Shown: one piece after another, positions 38,601 to 52,283 of the stretch
Position numbering within the stretch: position 1 is the stretch's first letter
Layout: each line of letters starts with the position of its first letter
NCBI GenBank assembly: GCA_002633005.1
Contig: NMRA01000151.1
Coordinates: forward strand, 761,901 to 825,900
From: Phoronis australis
Lineage: Eukaryota > Animalia > Phoronida
Reading direction: 5' to 3'
DNA: 64,000 nt
Position numbers and translations under genes: made by a program
The notes under the pieces: model-generated
The model's input: only the letters and a program-made list of their open reading frames with translations
The model's database searches: none
What the model was told of the DNA's origin: nothing

Positions 38601-39863
38601 AAGTAAAGTTGTATGTATGGTGTTGCATACTTTGGTACTTGAATGACGCGTCGGTTAGAGAGTGCTGATTCAACTTTTGCGTCGGCAACTAGCCTCGCGA
38701 CAAATTCTGTGAAGTTGAACCCTCTATAGGGTGTCCATAAAGATCTTATAGGATTGACGCTAGCACGGGTTTAGTTCTCATTGACAAGAATGAAACACAA
38801 CTCTGTGATTCTGTTTCAAAGAGGAAAATGTGTCGGTAAACAGTGGTTCAACTCGGTGTTACACATACACTGTGCATGAAAACGTTGTGTGATCAGCTGT
38901 TTCCCACAGTTTTAGTAACTGCCAAGTCTATTTTTATAATCTTGACACAAAATGTGTCCAAAATTTGAGAAATATCAAAATAGCCCAGGTTAAAATCTGT
39001 AAATCCTAAATTTTGGTCTGTCCCAAATTGGGGAATTTTTACGGTGCTTGGATATTTTGAGAAGACAGCATTTTGATAAATAATTAAGTGTACACATAAC
39101 CTTTAGCGTGATTATGAATTACCACTTTGTTGGATTACATCTGAATGATTTCCTAGCTTTAACAAAACTACTATGGTAAGCCAAGGCTGTCCTTCCTCTG
39201 AAACAGATGTCGACCATGTTACTTTTCCACTTTTAATTGTCTGAGCGCGAGCAGATTCAGTTTTGCTTAAAAATGTGTTACTTCGTTGTTGCCATTGAAT
39301 CAAAAGTAGTTAAATTTCCATTGTTCTCCATATTAAAATCAAAGTTTTGTAAAAAAACATGGTCAGCTGGGTGTAAACGCACAGCCATTACTTATGTCCA
39401 CGCTATTAATTTATTTGATTTTAAAAATGCATGGTTCCATTGGGTGAAAATTAATATTTGTAAATTTGTTTCTTTTCAACAAAGGCTGGTGACTCCTATA
39501 TAAATGCCGTTATGGATCTCCATCCAGATTTCAATCTGCAGTGCAGAATAATTGGCAGTCTACACAACAGTTTCCGTCAGCTTTTGAGCAAACAAAGCTT
39601 CAAGAAACCTTTACAAGTCTACCCACCTTTCTTCCATTGTCGACCATTCATCAGTTAAAAACAGATTTAAATTTTTACCACCACCCTACCTGTCTCCGCT
39701 TCTCTTTGATTTGTTCCGCTCCATAATGCAGACAAACATCAAATCAAGCGGAAAAACAGTTGAAAAAACAACCCCTGACTGTTTCTTAAGCGTTTGTTTT
39801 TTGCATGCCTGTTGTAATCCCTCATTATTGATACTGTTCACAACATTTGTTTTTCTTTTGCAG

Positions 39864-39924
39864 GAAGTCTCCTTTTCTTCATACAAAAAAGTGGGCCTGG
39901 CGGAGGATCGAGTGGCTCTCAAAG
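39864..39924 (+). CDS. nkd: nkd exon 4: EVSFSSYKKVGLAEDRVALK
   Basis: tttttcttttgcag| and AAAG|gtatgt. Phase 0-1 bridges exons 3 and 5. Confidence 0.8.
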
Positions 39925-41172
39925 GTATGTTGTTATCACAGGTGGCCCCATGTTGTTGCCATTTCCATTTGACTGTTGGTCACTAAGACAAAAACTGCAA
40001 ATATAGGGTGGTTTTTTTCAATTTTGAGACATTGAAACTTTTCGTAGAAAATGAGAACTGGCTGGGATAAAAGGAATGTTTGAGAGCTCAGTGTAGTCTT
40101 GGATGTTGCCATTTTTACATGACAGGTCCATTATCTTGCAACCAATTAGGGTTCAAATCCTTTGGCTTTAAGCCAGTGTGGAAATATTTGTTAAGGCCAA
40201 ATTTTATAATGCCTTTCAAAATGAGGAGAAATGTTGCCTTATTGTTTGAACAAAAACAAGTTAGGATGGTGGTCAAAACGTGTGAGTCGGAAAAGGTTTT
40301 TTGCGGCCTTAGACTCTTTGTACAATACATTACCAATCCTGTTTGCTGTATTACTGGTATCAAATGTGGACCATCTGTAAGCAGAACTCGACACCCTAAT
40401 TTCTTATGTAGTTGACTAACTCTTTCCAGAAATGTGTTTTGGGTTTGCTTGTTCAGAGTACCTCTGTGTAAGTGTGGCCTCCAGTGCTAACCAAACCTTT
40501 GGTTGTTTTATAAATACCCTGTGCTGGAAAACTAAACAATATGTGTTGCCTAATGAAAGGCACAAGGTCTGTTGACTTGACACCACTTCCAGAGGATTCT
40601 TCACTGATTACAGGCCTCTATTGGTGTAAGGTAAATGCTTGAGTGGAGTCTGGTCCAGTGTAGCAGCTGTGTGTTCTTTAATGAAACTGTAGGTCACTCA
40701 CCGATGTGATTTTTATGGCCTGAAATGTTTTATTGTTTCTGATTTCCAAGCAATTGTTTTGAGTTGAATGTGAGTTTGGCTTTCTGTTTGCATTATTCAA
40801 CTTATAAGTGCTTTTTAGTTGTGGAAAATTGTTTTTGATGCGAGGCTGTTTTCGGGTAAATTTGTGTGTTAGTTACTACGCCCCAGAAACCACAAGTTCT
40901 AGTTGCAATTAATTATCTCAAGTGTTTCTCAGGACACATCTCGTGGCATGCCACGGTCTTGAACCTCTTAGAGCAGAATTGTTATGAAAATGTGGCTACT
41001 TATGGCTAATGATGGCTGGGTCAATTCTGATGGCTTGATTGAACTGGTTGCTGTTGACTGTTAGTTTTGGGAATCTGTCTGGCCTAAGATGTCTGTGAAT
41101 ACCATCACTGCTAAATGCACGGACTTTTAATCTCATTTTCTAAGCTAGGCACATCTGCTTTTTCCGATCTAG

Positions 41173-41321
41173 TGGTTCTCCCACCAGAGAAGGGGTCAAC
41201 TGAAACTGGCAAGTTGTTGGTTATGGACCAGGATCTAGATCTACAGCTACATCTGAATGAGAAAACGCCCTCGGAGAAAGAGAGAGAGAAATCAGAGAAG
41301 AAATCGGCAATCAGTGTTGAG
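41173..41321 (+). CDS. nkd: nkd exon 5: (V)VLPPEKGSTETG...KKSAISVE
   Basis: ttttccgatctag| and GAG|gtaatt. VVLPPEK resembles NKD1 VALPPEK; phase 1-0. Confidence 0.88.
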
Positions 41322-44011
41322 GTAATTATAGACAATTTACTGCCAGGTGTCAGAACGAATTCTGTTGATAATAAAATGGATAAGGTAAAAACGTTAAGCT
41401 TATGTCTGTTTTGACATGCCTGTGTATATTTACTGATGTCATTGTGACGTAGATTGGATATGATCTCATGTGTTCATGGTTTTAGCGACTGTGCAAGTAC
41501 ACGATTCCCATGAATAGATATTCTAAACATAATTTTTAACTGAAATAACAGTTATCCATTGAATTAATATAGAACAGCATCTCTCGTTATTTTTATAGCA
41601 AGTGTTCCTCTGCTAGGGTGTCTCAGTTGTGAGAGCTCTTCAAGTTTCTATTCCATTGTAGTATAACTAGTGCTTGTTAAACTGCCTTTGAAGTCTTAGC
41701 TTATCTGAAAAGTTAGAAATTTGTATTTAAAATGCTGACGTGTCTTTTAATACTCTTGAGTCTGATTTTGGCTTCTGCCTCTCTATCAGCTCGACCGCTT
41801 CAGGATGATTATGAAAATTGGCATATATGCTCTTATTGGGAAGAGGTCAGATGGCGATAATGTTCAGGCAATGTCTACTGTGACCCCTGCAAGTGGTTGT
41901 TTTGCCTTTTTTGCTTCTGTGGCTTTATCTCTTAAACCCTGTGCAGGAGCCATGTCAAATTTGACAAATGTACTTGTAGGAAGGTAACAACGAATGATGA
42001 CGACTTTTGGATGGATCTGACTACCGCTTTGACTCCTAATGTCTAAAATCATAATCATCAATTGTCTCTGGTGTTGGTGAAGCTCATGGTGGCCCATGTC
42101 TTCTTTGTTGCTCTGTTTGTTTAGTCGAGTCATCCTAAAAGTGCATTCTTTAAAACTACACTGCTTATTGCTTGTGACATTTTGGTCACACATGACTGAC
42201 ATGACAGAGATTATCTTTGTTTTATTTGTTCCTATGTTTAGACCAGAACAGCTAGATGTTAACCTTCTTAATTTGTTGTTTGAAATGACCAGCCCATTGC
42301 AGGGCTGACCAAATAACTAACACCTGTTATTTGTTAGCATCATCATGGAATTTTATTGGATTTCGAATCTGCCAGCTCTGTACCATTTAGTGTCATTATG
42401 GCCTTGTAAGAGGAGATCATGTTTATTGAAGCCAAGTCATCTTGATGGGAAAGCACTGAGGAAGTGTAAGAGTTTGAGTCATCCTCTTCTGGGCCTCTGT
42501 GGGCACTCTTCACCTGAGAACTTTTGAATAGAAATTTTATTTTTTAAAACTTGGGAGTCTGCAAAAATGGCTGTTTTTGTCATACACAATTGCAAATACG
42601 GTACTGAAAAGTTTGAACTCAAAAGTAATTTGTATGTACAGTAAGTTTAGAATGGTTTATTGATGGTGCCATCTGGTGGTGAGATTTTGCAAAGTCAACT
42701 CAAGTGGACTGTGTATGTCTGCAGACACCTAACTCTTGAGTGTCTAGTGGCTTTTTCATCTATTCAAGAGATACCAGGAATTTAATTGATTCATTTTAAT
42801 CCAATTCTGGAACATATACTTGTAGCTTTCTACCATTTCCGCATATGATGTCATGCAAGTCGAAAAAATTCATCTTTTGAACATTACAAAGAGGGTTAGG
42901 GGTCAAACTGGGTTGGGGTAACTGGCATATGATGCATTCATGTTGAGCGTGATAAGCAATTTGCACTGCAAACTCTCCTCGTTCTCTCCCAGGCCTCTAG
43001 CTGGCCAACAAGACTCATACCTCTCTTTGGATTGTGGGTCACTTGACTTTCCAACATTTTTTATGTTACCGTACCTTTAGTAAAATGCTGGTCCCTGTTT
43101 ATGCCAATGAAAAGGAAAGTTAGTAATCGTCTTTACCTCATCTCAGTGTGAGATCTACGCTCACCAGCCCCCATCAATTTCAGCCGAGGTCTTGTGTTTC
43201 TTTTTTGTTTGAAAAGATGCACAGAGGCAGGTAAATTAGGTTTGAAATGCCATGATTTGCCTAGCGATGAGTTACATAAAAACTAATTTTACACCAATTT
43301 TCCTCTTCTAAGATGGATTTTCTTTTGTGAAACAGTGAGCAACTAAAAAATACCACACCACTGACTTGGTTTTCAAAAAGTAACCAAGATGCAGGCCTTT
43401 GGCTGGGACATCCACATCATGTTCTATTGTTCCAAATATAGTAAATATTTTTGCCAGGGGAACAATAATTTACATGGAAAAAAGTATCTCCAAGATTACC
43501 AGGATCTATTGTTACTACCATAAATGTGACATCATAAGTGGTTGCCACCCCCTTTCATAGACAATTCACGTGTTATTATGTTAACATTAATTGAAATCAT
43601 TTTTTCTTTATCGATTTTCACATCTCTCTGTTAAAACCAGCATACATAAAATAAAAGTGAATAATTAATCTTGTGTCTGTTCTTTGATCACAATTCAATG
43701 GTTCATCCTATGCGTTAATGAAGTTAGATCCAATTAATGTCTCTCCACTACTTTTGAAGTTAATGATATCAAATACCAAGCATTCTTTTGAAGTTTTCCA
43801 TCATCCTTCTCATTTTACAGATCATTCAACATACCCTGATTTACACTGTTTTTTCATTCGGCCTAAGAAATGAGGTTCCGTTACTGGGCATTTTTCATAA
43901 TTTGATTGCATATTCTGAGCCTGTTATTCCCAGAGAAAATATTTATATAGGGTGTTTGTAAGGTAAGGGATGTTCACATGAGCAAGTCTTGGCATTAGCC
44001 AAGCCATTAAC

Positions 44012-44510
44012 CAGGGCTTGGAATTTTCCGCGGAAACGCGGATTTCCGCTTTTTTCAAATGTGCTTTCCGCTTTTTTATAATATTTCCGCGTAAAAAAAT
44101 CGGATTTGATATAAAATTTCCGCGGCAAATTCCTTTCTTACCACGGCGTTGCAGACGACGTTCACCTCGAAAAGTGGAAGTTGCTCTTTATGTTTCGGAG
44201 GAACGTAAATTGTCAACATTGCCGGGGCATCTGGGACAGCGTGGTGTGATTTTCAATGGCGTCTCGTGTAATTGTTAAGCGCGGCGACAAATACTACCGC
44301 TCTGCAGCCAAAAATGTGTTGGTTGGGAGTGGACGGGCGAGCTAAAAGGACGCAGACGCATGCTACTGATGGTGGTAACGTTTTTTTTTTTAGTCCTCCC
44401 GATTTTTTGTCGGGGTAAGGTTCACATTCCAAGGCTGGTTATCGGGCATGATTTGGGCCGTAAAAGTTTCAAAGTTTCCGCTTTTTTGTCATTGGTCATT
44501 CCAAGCTCTG
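44012..44510. mobile_element. hAT-like MITE with 6-bp TSD
   Basis: ATTAAC|CAGGGCTTGGAAT ... ATTCCAAGCTCTG|ATTAAC; internal ttccgc subrepeats; CpG-rich. Confidence 0.8.
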
Positions 44511-45730
44511 ATTAACACCCTTATAGAGATCAGTGTGATCAGGGGAAGGGAAGAACTACCGTAAATAACGGCACCTATATGTGTTTTGGATACGAATGCC
44601 CTCGATGTCTATTGTGTATAATAACTTACTTTTTCTTGCTTACCTCAGGTTTTTGTCTTCTTAGTTCAGCCTACTAGTTGTTTTTGCTGCCTTTCTCCCC
44701 CCACCCCCGTGTCTATTGTGTGTAATAAATTACTTTTATCCTGTTTACCTCATATTCTTGTCTTTTTTGTGCCTCTACCAGTTGTCACGGGGCCACCCAG
44801 GACGGACCTTGCCAAGCTACGCCACTTTAGTTCCAGAACTATAAAGGCATTGACATATTTTCAAAAATATCTTTTAAAATATTCTGGAAACTTAGGTACA
44901 TGGGTATCTTGAGTGCATTCGTGACTGCTTGAAAGTACACGCAGTTCCAAATTTGTCTCGTGGCGGCTAAGAAGTTGATCAATCATTCACATGATGTGTT
45001 GCGTGGTCATGGATCATCTGCGTTGTAGTTTACTCTTCCTGATCAGTCGCCTCTGACAACATTGTGTTGGCTCTGAAATTCTTTTCAACAAATGCTATTG
45101 TGGAAACATTTTTTGAGCAAAAGAATAATTTTTGATCGCCTTTTTCGACCTGTTGGATTATGATGCCATTTCACGCTTGTTGTCATCAATGGCAAGGAAA
45201 AAGAGGACTTTTCAAGTCCAGGCTGCTTTGAGTTGAGTAAAAGGAATGCACAGTTACCTCGATTTTCAATAAAAAACGACTGTTTTAGGGCAGTGATAAT
45301 GCTAGTCAATTTCTATGACTCACAATTCCTTAAAGGTAGATTTAAAGATGGTTTTGGGGGCATTTTAACTATAAACACAGTTTCTAAGTTCCTGTACATG
45401 GGAAATAATGTATTCAAATGAAGGTATTGTCCATTGTCACTACTGTATGCCGTGCACATCTCTTGCCACTCGGTGCACTTGGTAACATCTGTTAAAGGGA
45501 ATCTCACTTCCTCAGCAGTATTTGTTTGTGGACTTATTTTGAGTTGCACATACCTGTTAAAATAATTAACCTTCATCTTGAATTATGATAGTCGGTCTCC
45601 ACTTCCAAGGGTTTTTGATTTGCAGTGCAGGTTCTTACCAATTTTTGTGGTAGTTAGTGCAAAAAGTAGGCGTAGTATTCATGCCCATGTGTCTTAAAGC
45701 TACATTATGTTGTTGGCTCAATATTTAAGA

Positions 45731-46150
45731 TGGAAGCTTTAGATTTTGTTCATATTTTGTACGGAGGTGAAGATGAGACAACTTCAGGCACCATGTACCA
45801 GTGGATTTGGATGGCCTTATCATTTTCAAGGTCACGGCGAGAAAAGTTAGCTTGAGATATCGTAAGAAAATCAAGTTCTCGGCTCGAGGTGAAGATGGGG
45901 CAATGAAAGTCCTTGTTTGATTTCATTGAAATTGGCCTCAGTTTCAAGATTACACTAAGCAAATTCAAGTTCTGAAAAAGGGATTTTTAGATTTTGTTCA
46001 TATTTTGTATGGAGGTGTAGGTAGAGCAACTCTAGGCACCAGTTAATCACAGTGAGAATTCAAGTTTTGACTTTCTGAAAATGTTAGTGCGATACGTGTA
46101 TCTCAAGAAGGAAGCTTTAGATTTTGTTCATATTATGTACCATGGTGTAG
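45731..46150. repeat. degenerate tandem subrepeat (tttagattttgttcatatt) x3
   Basis: Motif at ~45738, ~45986 and ~46116, each followed by tgta..ggtg. Confidence 0.55.
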
Positions 46151-47004
46151 GTGGGGCATATCCAGCCGCCAGTTGAATTTGGCAACCTTGACTTTGTCTT
46201 TAAGGTCATAGCGTGAAATCTTGAAACTGCATCAATAACATTATGCTCTACATAAAATGTCATTTTTAAAACAAAATGTTCTCATTTGAAACCTTTGGGA
46301 ATTGTAATTGAGTGATGAATGAATGGTCATTTTCAGTTATATTGCAACTAGATTTTCGCAAAGATATGTGTCTAGGTTAACTTTACTCAAAAACTTTACC
46401 AAAGAAATTCATTACCTTGTAAAGTCATGTTTATTCTCTCTGACAAATGCTTGCTCAAAAGCTGGGATTGCCAGCAGATCTGAATGGACGTTGATTCAGT
46501 TCACAAAATTCTTCACAATACTCAATTCATCAAATAAACTTTTGATTTAGACCACTTGACGCACTGAAACTGGTCTAAATTTGCCTTTATTCAGATGAGA
46601 AGTAATTTCTGGGTTCGGGAAAAACCGATTTCTTTCCAAGCTCAGACATCTTTTCTTTTTCAAAGAAGAAACTATTGCAGGTTCTTTAGTGGTTCAATGT
46701 CATTGGTTAGTTTTGATGTAAGGCGTGTTTATACTTCCTTAAGTAAAAAGTGTTTTTTTCTGCATTCAATTTCTTTTGTATTTTTAACAACTTAACAACC
46801 TGTTTGTTTCTTTTACGAATTGAAATTTATATGTGAGCTTTTATGATAAGTATTTGCTCATGAACTACTATAAGTTTCAGTTTTTAGAAGTCGAATTAGT
46901 GTCCTTTGTTTGGAAATTCAAGTGGCGCAGTAACACGTGTATCTTTATTGTTTTTGTTGTCAATGTGGTCACTAATATACTGAATGTGTCTTGTTTGCTT
47001 TCAG

Positions 47005-47100
47005 GAGATCGAATGTGGTGTGTCAGTTGAAGGCACAGACAAACAAGAATGGTCTTTCACTTTATACGACTTTGATGGCCGGGGCAAGATTACTAAGGAA
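47005..47100 (+). CDS. nkd: nkd exon 6, EFX/EF-hand N-half: EIECGVSVEGTDKQEWSFTLYDFDGRGKITKE
   Basis: tttcag| and GAA|gtaagt. Diagnostic NKD QEWxFTLYDFD.GK.T.E motif. Confidence 0.96.
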
Positions 47101-47318
47101 GTAAGTACAAAGTAGTCCCAGTGAACTGCTGAATAGTACAAGGAGGTAATTACAAAATAGCCCTAATGAACTGCTGAATATTGCAAGGAAGTACGTACAA
47201 AGTAGTCCCAGTGAACTGCTGAATAGTGCAAGAAGGTAATTACGAAGTAGTCCCAGTGAACTGCTGAATAGTGCAAGGAAGTAAGTACAAAGTAGTCCCA
47301 GTGAACTGTTGAATGGTA
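47095..47318 (+). repeat. 45-bp minisatellite x5 spanning the nkd exon 6 donor
   Basis: GT donor-like positions at 47101, 47146, 47191, 47236 and 47281; unit aaggaagtaagtacaaagtagtcccagtgaactgctgaatagtrc. Confidence 0.93.
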
Positions 47319-47612
47319 CATGAAACTGCTGGAAGCAGCGTGTACGTCAGACTCTGTAGTGTTAAGGCAAGAGATTGATTCAAATGCAGCCATTTTGTTC
47401 CTGTTTATCACTCATGGCAGAATTGAGGAGTTTTATTTTGCCCATTTTCTCAACAAACCCAAATATATTTCATTGTTGCTATTGTTTGCCGTCAGAAGAA
47501 AACTTGGTAAACAATTATTACCATTATCATCATTTTCTGACAAGTATCAAGGACGTTTCACCATAATTGGGCCGTCTTGCATGATCACGTCCATGTCATT
47601 TGTCACCAACAG

Positions 47613-47950
47613 GACTTGGCCAGTTTAATGAAGTCATTGTATGATGCCGTCGGAACTTCAATCAAGTTACCTTCATCAGGAACTAAGACATTGAGATTAC
47701 GTCTATCTGTCACACCAGACAGTACAAAGGTGAAACAAAAAGACACAAACAAGGACAAGAATAAGAATTGTGTGAAACTGAACAACTTAGCTAAAGCGGA
47801 CAAAGTGTCGAAAGAGTTGGAAACTGACAGTAGTGAAAACAATCGGGTTGAAGGTGAGCGGAAACTCAGCAGCTCAGAACAACGACACCTGGTAGAGCTC
47901 GTGCAAAAGAATATGGAAAGACATCACTTACGACAGGGTGGATACCTGAG
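47613..47950 (+). CDS. nkd: nkd exon 7, EFX C-half: DLASLMKSLYDAVG...KTLRLRLSVTPD...LVELVQKNMERHHLRQGGYL
   Basis: caacag| and AG|gtaata. Lies in ORF 47577..47954; matches the NKD DITSL..TIY..V / KTLRVKLTV region; phase 0-2. Confidence 0.93.
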
Positions 47951-48243
47951 GTAATAGAGTGTAGACTTGTGTAAACGAGCCTACTTCTAAAATTTGCTGC
48001 TTGTACTAAACATCTCTGCTGAAGTGTACGATTCGTGTAAACATGCCTCCTTTTAAAATTTACCAATGTCAATTCTGACCTTTTAAGTAAGTCGGTTAAA
48101 TTTCTTATGAAAGCCAGTTATTATCATGGCTCGGCACGAAACCAGGCTGTTAATACTCTCAATTAGACATGCTGTGGTATACATGATGTTCCATCTTAGA
48201 CATTCATCTATATTGACAGCAGTCCGTTCTCGTGCCGTGTTCA

Positions 48244-48714
48244 GGTGCTTTCCCATTAGGGGAACTTCTCTTTACCGAAGCTTTGCTAAAACTTTGCTAG
48301 TCATCAGAGTAAACACGCCGTTTATTCCTTCAAATATTGAGTGGTGGGTTTGAGGCTATCTGAAAATTATTCTCCAGCTATTTACTTGTGTTCATGAAAA
48401 TGTTCAGTGTCACTCTTCATTAGATGTGTATTCTTCAATTTATTTACGGCCGTCTATTGAGAATACGTTTTGTGAGATATCTCATTGAGTCTAGCGTGAT
48501 CTTATATCATCACCGCGACCTCTACCGATGACTTTGCCGAAATTACGCTCAGACGTTTCCCACTTCACTGAAGTTTCGGTGAATACCAACTCTTTGCTTT
48601 TAAACCCTACTATTTTCATCGAAGTTTGGCTTGCAGATTAACTACCTGAGTTAACCTTTCCCCCTTACCAAAACTTCGCTTTTAGCAAAGTTTCTCCTCC
48701 AGTGGGAAAGCACA
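48244..48714. mobile_element. MITE with imperfect TIRs
   Basis: gtgctttcccattaggggaactt ... aagtttctcctccagtgggaaagcac. Confidence 0.55.
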
Positions 48715-51556
48715 GCTATGTTAGATTGTACAGTAATTGCCCTAAGCTCGTGACATTATAAAACTAAAGAAAGTCAGCAACACCTGTGTCATATTCAAGT
48801 CAAAATAATACATGCATTCAGTAGTCTGGTTCTCCATCTTCCTCAAGACGTCATCAGGAGAGCAAACAGTTTTCACATGACACTAAATTTACACAGGAGG
48901 TGGATCTTGCACAAAGTAACTGCGTACACTTGAGAAATAAACACTCAACTGAACTGTTGCAAAACACGGGAAGGTCCTGTGTCCAGCAGATTGATTACAT
49001 GGCTTAAAAACAAGTGACTATAATGTTTGGAGGTGCTATTAGTCACTGTATCGAGAATTAGCGTGTTTTTCTCAAGTTACAAATAAGTTAGTTTCATGGT
49101 TTAATCGATCCGTTTTGGACATGCATAGTCAATGTATAAGACAAGGAATGCTCAGTACAGTACAAACCAAAAGAAACTGGCAAAATGACCCATCATTGCG
49201 CATCATGACAGCTGAGCGCAACTGGAGTTCCCCGCTCCGATGGTTGGATGTAAGCCGAATTGACCATCCCGTTGATGAATTTTGTCAGCTGCATAGGAGA
49301 TGAATAACCAGCTACAGGGGAATATTTTGCTAGAAATCAAAATTGGAGTGAGCTGTAACAGATCTGAGTCTAGCGGCAGTTCTCCGATCCCAAATCTCCC
49401 GGAAAATAACTCTTAGTCTGATACGCATCGGTCACTAAGCCTAACCTCGCGAACTCTCACCTGTTTTTGGAGCTGAGACCAGCAAGCACTAAAATAACAT
49501 GTTATACTTGGCTGTGTTTATTTCCTTAATTCCAACTTTCACTACTCACCTACTGTGAGATGGTGTTTTCTTTTCAGCAATAAAAATGCTGACGCACTGA
49601 AACCGCTCAAAGCGCACTTGCAAACACAGCTGACAATAATCACCGACCTTCAATTTCATTACAAATTTGTCGCCTAACAGCAACTTAGTTTATATCCAAA
49701 ATATTTCTGGTGCTGTGGTTGTCTCTTGCGGGGTTTTGGACTTCTTTAAATGTCAACACAGGAGAAGCTTTAAAATCTTCAGAGGAGGGTCCTGGTACTG
49801 TCCTGAGACGATGCTATATTTTATTCAAGTTCCCATTCAATTATCATAGAGCTTTGGACAGTTATTGAACACTGTGACACCAGAGGGAGATCAGACTGTT
49901 ATCAATTATAGAAAACATCTGTTGAACCTGTAAAGTGTAGCTGGAACATCATGTTTAACACATGCTGTGTCCAGACGAGCTCTTAAACTAGTGCAAGCTG
50001 TTTCAGATGTAGCTTGAACTAGTGATAGCTCACATGCATGTTAAACTAGTGCAGCTTGACTCAGGTGTGATAACTTACCCCACCTTTTAGAGTTTGTGCA
50101 AGTTGCGCCCGATCCGCTTGCTCTACTTTAAGTGTTGGTGTGAACAGCATAGTAGGGCAAGGCAGAAAAATTGTTAGCTACCCCCTTGCACACTGGATTT
50201 TATCCGAGTAATGAATTGCTGCTTTTCGTGCCGTTTGCAAACCTGACACTGGATTCATTTTTCTCATTTGTTTTTATAACCAACTTACAAAAATAGAAGT
50301 AACCGAAAACTTTAGGGAAATATTGCAGATTATTGTTTTTTTTGAACTCCTGTCATTTTGCAGTTGTGTGGTTGGTTGATGATACTAAGACTCTTAACAT
50401 GACGTCCACAAACTGATATGCACTTGGCTTCGCTCCCTGTCACCACTCGTATGATTGCCATTTGGACATACAGCTGATCAGGCGCAAAGTTGCCTCAGAG
50501 GCCACTTGCACCAAAATTTGCTGTCCAAATACTCCAATTTAGTGCAATTGTGGATTCTTTTCTCCAAAAATCCTAAAATTGAAGATGACTGGTTTTCTTT
50601 TTTAAGTACCACTTAGTAAAGAGGTTCCAGGGTCTGACAGCTTGACACTGGTTAATTTGCATGTTCTCAGACATTGACTATACTCATTTTTACTTTTGGA
50701 AAAATGACATTCACGGGCATTTGAGGTTTTTCTGTTTCAGGTGATCACCTGTCTTCCCTCTCACATTAAAGTTGTAAAAATATGTGCGAGACGAAATATA
50801 TTGCTCTCACAATTGACAGAAGCACTCCATCATGTCTGCTTTTATTTTGGTTCCCTGAAAATGGGGGGCTGCACAAAGCTCAAAGGAGCTCATGCACTCC
50901 GTGTGCTTTGAGTTAAGTGCTTTGATCTTTCCCTGTGCAAAGGGTAAAAGACAGACAGGCAACACCTGTTTTCTGGTTTGCACCTGTAATTATCTTAATA
51001 ATGCCAGGTGTACAGCAGAAATAATTGTGTAAAACTGTCCATGACGTGTGTTATAGAGCAGCTGGTGACTGTTTTGCTTTAATATGTCCCACTTATGTGG
51101 TGATGAAAAACTTTTATGATACTGCAGTCTATTTGCATTTATAAATAGGCGTGTTCTTTGAAGTTAAGCTTTTGACCTTCCCCATGTTTTTACAAAACAG
51201 CTTTTGTCTGCCACTTGGTTGTTTAAATCTGTTATGTGTTATCAATGCGTGTTTCTGTAAGCTGGCTGTACTTTTACCAAATGTGTCATCAACAATAGTT
51301 GAGGTTGAATTGTTAATGAAGTGTTTGGTATTATTTATTGGCTAAGTGGTTCAGTCCATTACAGCTTTGTAAAGTGTTTTTGAATAATTTTTATTTGAGC
51401 TATCGATTAATTCAAATTTTGTTTGCTGTTTTAAAAGAATCCAATTTTATTACTTTAATTAGGGACTTCTTGGTAGTTGGTACACTGATATCTTAACTCA
51501 ATCACTCTGCTTTGAAAATTGAAGTAGCACTGAAGAGCTTTTTTCAAATGTTGCAG

Positions 51557-52283
51557 ACGTCATCACAGTGACACGCGTGGGCCTGTTGGCCAATCCTTGC
51601 ACACGTGCAGACAGAACAGGAACATCCGCGACAACACTGTGCATGTGGAGAGCCAGGACCGGCGCAACTACTACCTCGACCTAGCTGGTGTGGAGAACGA
51701 CTCTCCACATCTGTTGAACACTTCAGCTGCACCACAAGCGGCAGCTGCTGCTGATAAACACAAAGCAAAAACCCACCACAATAATCTGAAACCAAAGCGA
51801 ATGTCTCGTATTGACAGGACCAGTTCTCACCAACGGTCAAGGTCGTACGAGCTCTCAAGGACAAATGAGTGTAAAACTGGTGCTGCAGGTGTGCAGAAGC
51901 AGTGCAAACTGGGTAAAACATTCAGTAGCGATGAACAAGAGTCACAAAGGTCGAAGTCGTACGACCCGTATCAGTGTTGGTCACCGAAAGTACATCACAG
52001 GAAGTCGTCTGCTGCTAAGGCTCATAGGCACAAGAGACACTCAACAGTGCCTGTAAATATTGAAGAAGATCTGTCACTGTCACCTCATCACCAGAGGCGA
52101 CACCGGCATCGTGAGAAGGACAGAACGCGAGCTATGAATCAGGTGGCTCAGTGGATTGAGCGGGAGCACTTGTGTGATACAAGTGATCAACCGACGCAGC
52201 ACGTGATAGTGCAACGACATGAACACCATCACATACACGAGCACCATCATCACCATCACTACCATCACTATCACGAGACATAG
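51557..52283 (+). CDS. nkd: nkd exon 8 (last coding): RRNYYLDLAGVEN motif and C-terminal HEHHHIHEHHHHHHYHHYHET
   Basis: ttgcag|A CGT CAT is in frame with ORF 51597..52283. NKD-typical RRNxYLDLAGxEN and His-rich end; stop TAG. Confidence 0.95.

Larger units (their letters stand above)
7186..52283 (+). other. nkd: naked cuticle homolog gene span (8 coding exons, 514 aa predicted)
   Basis: Exon lengths 25+30+119+61+149+96+338+727 = 1545 nt, an open frame ending in TAG. All introns are GT..AG with phases 1,1,0,1,0,0,2. Motifs match the NKD family from memory. Confidence 0.93.
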
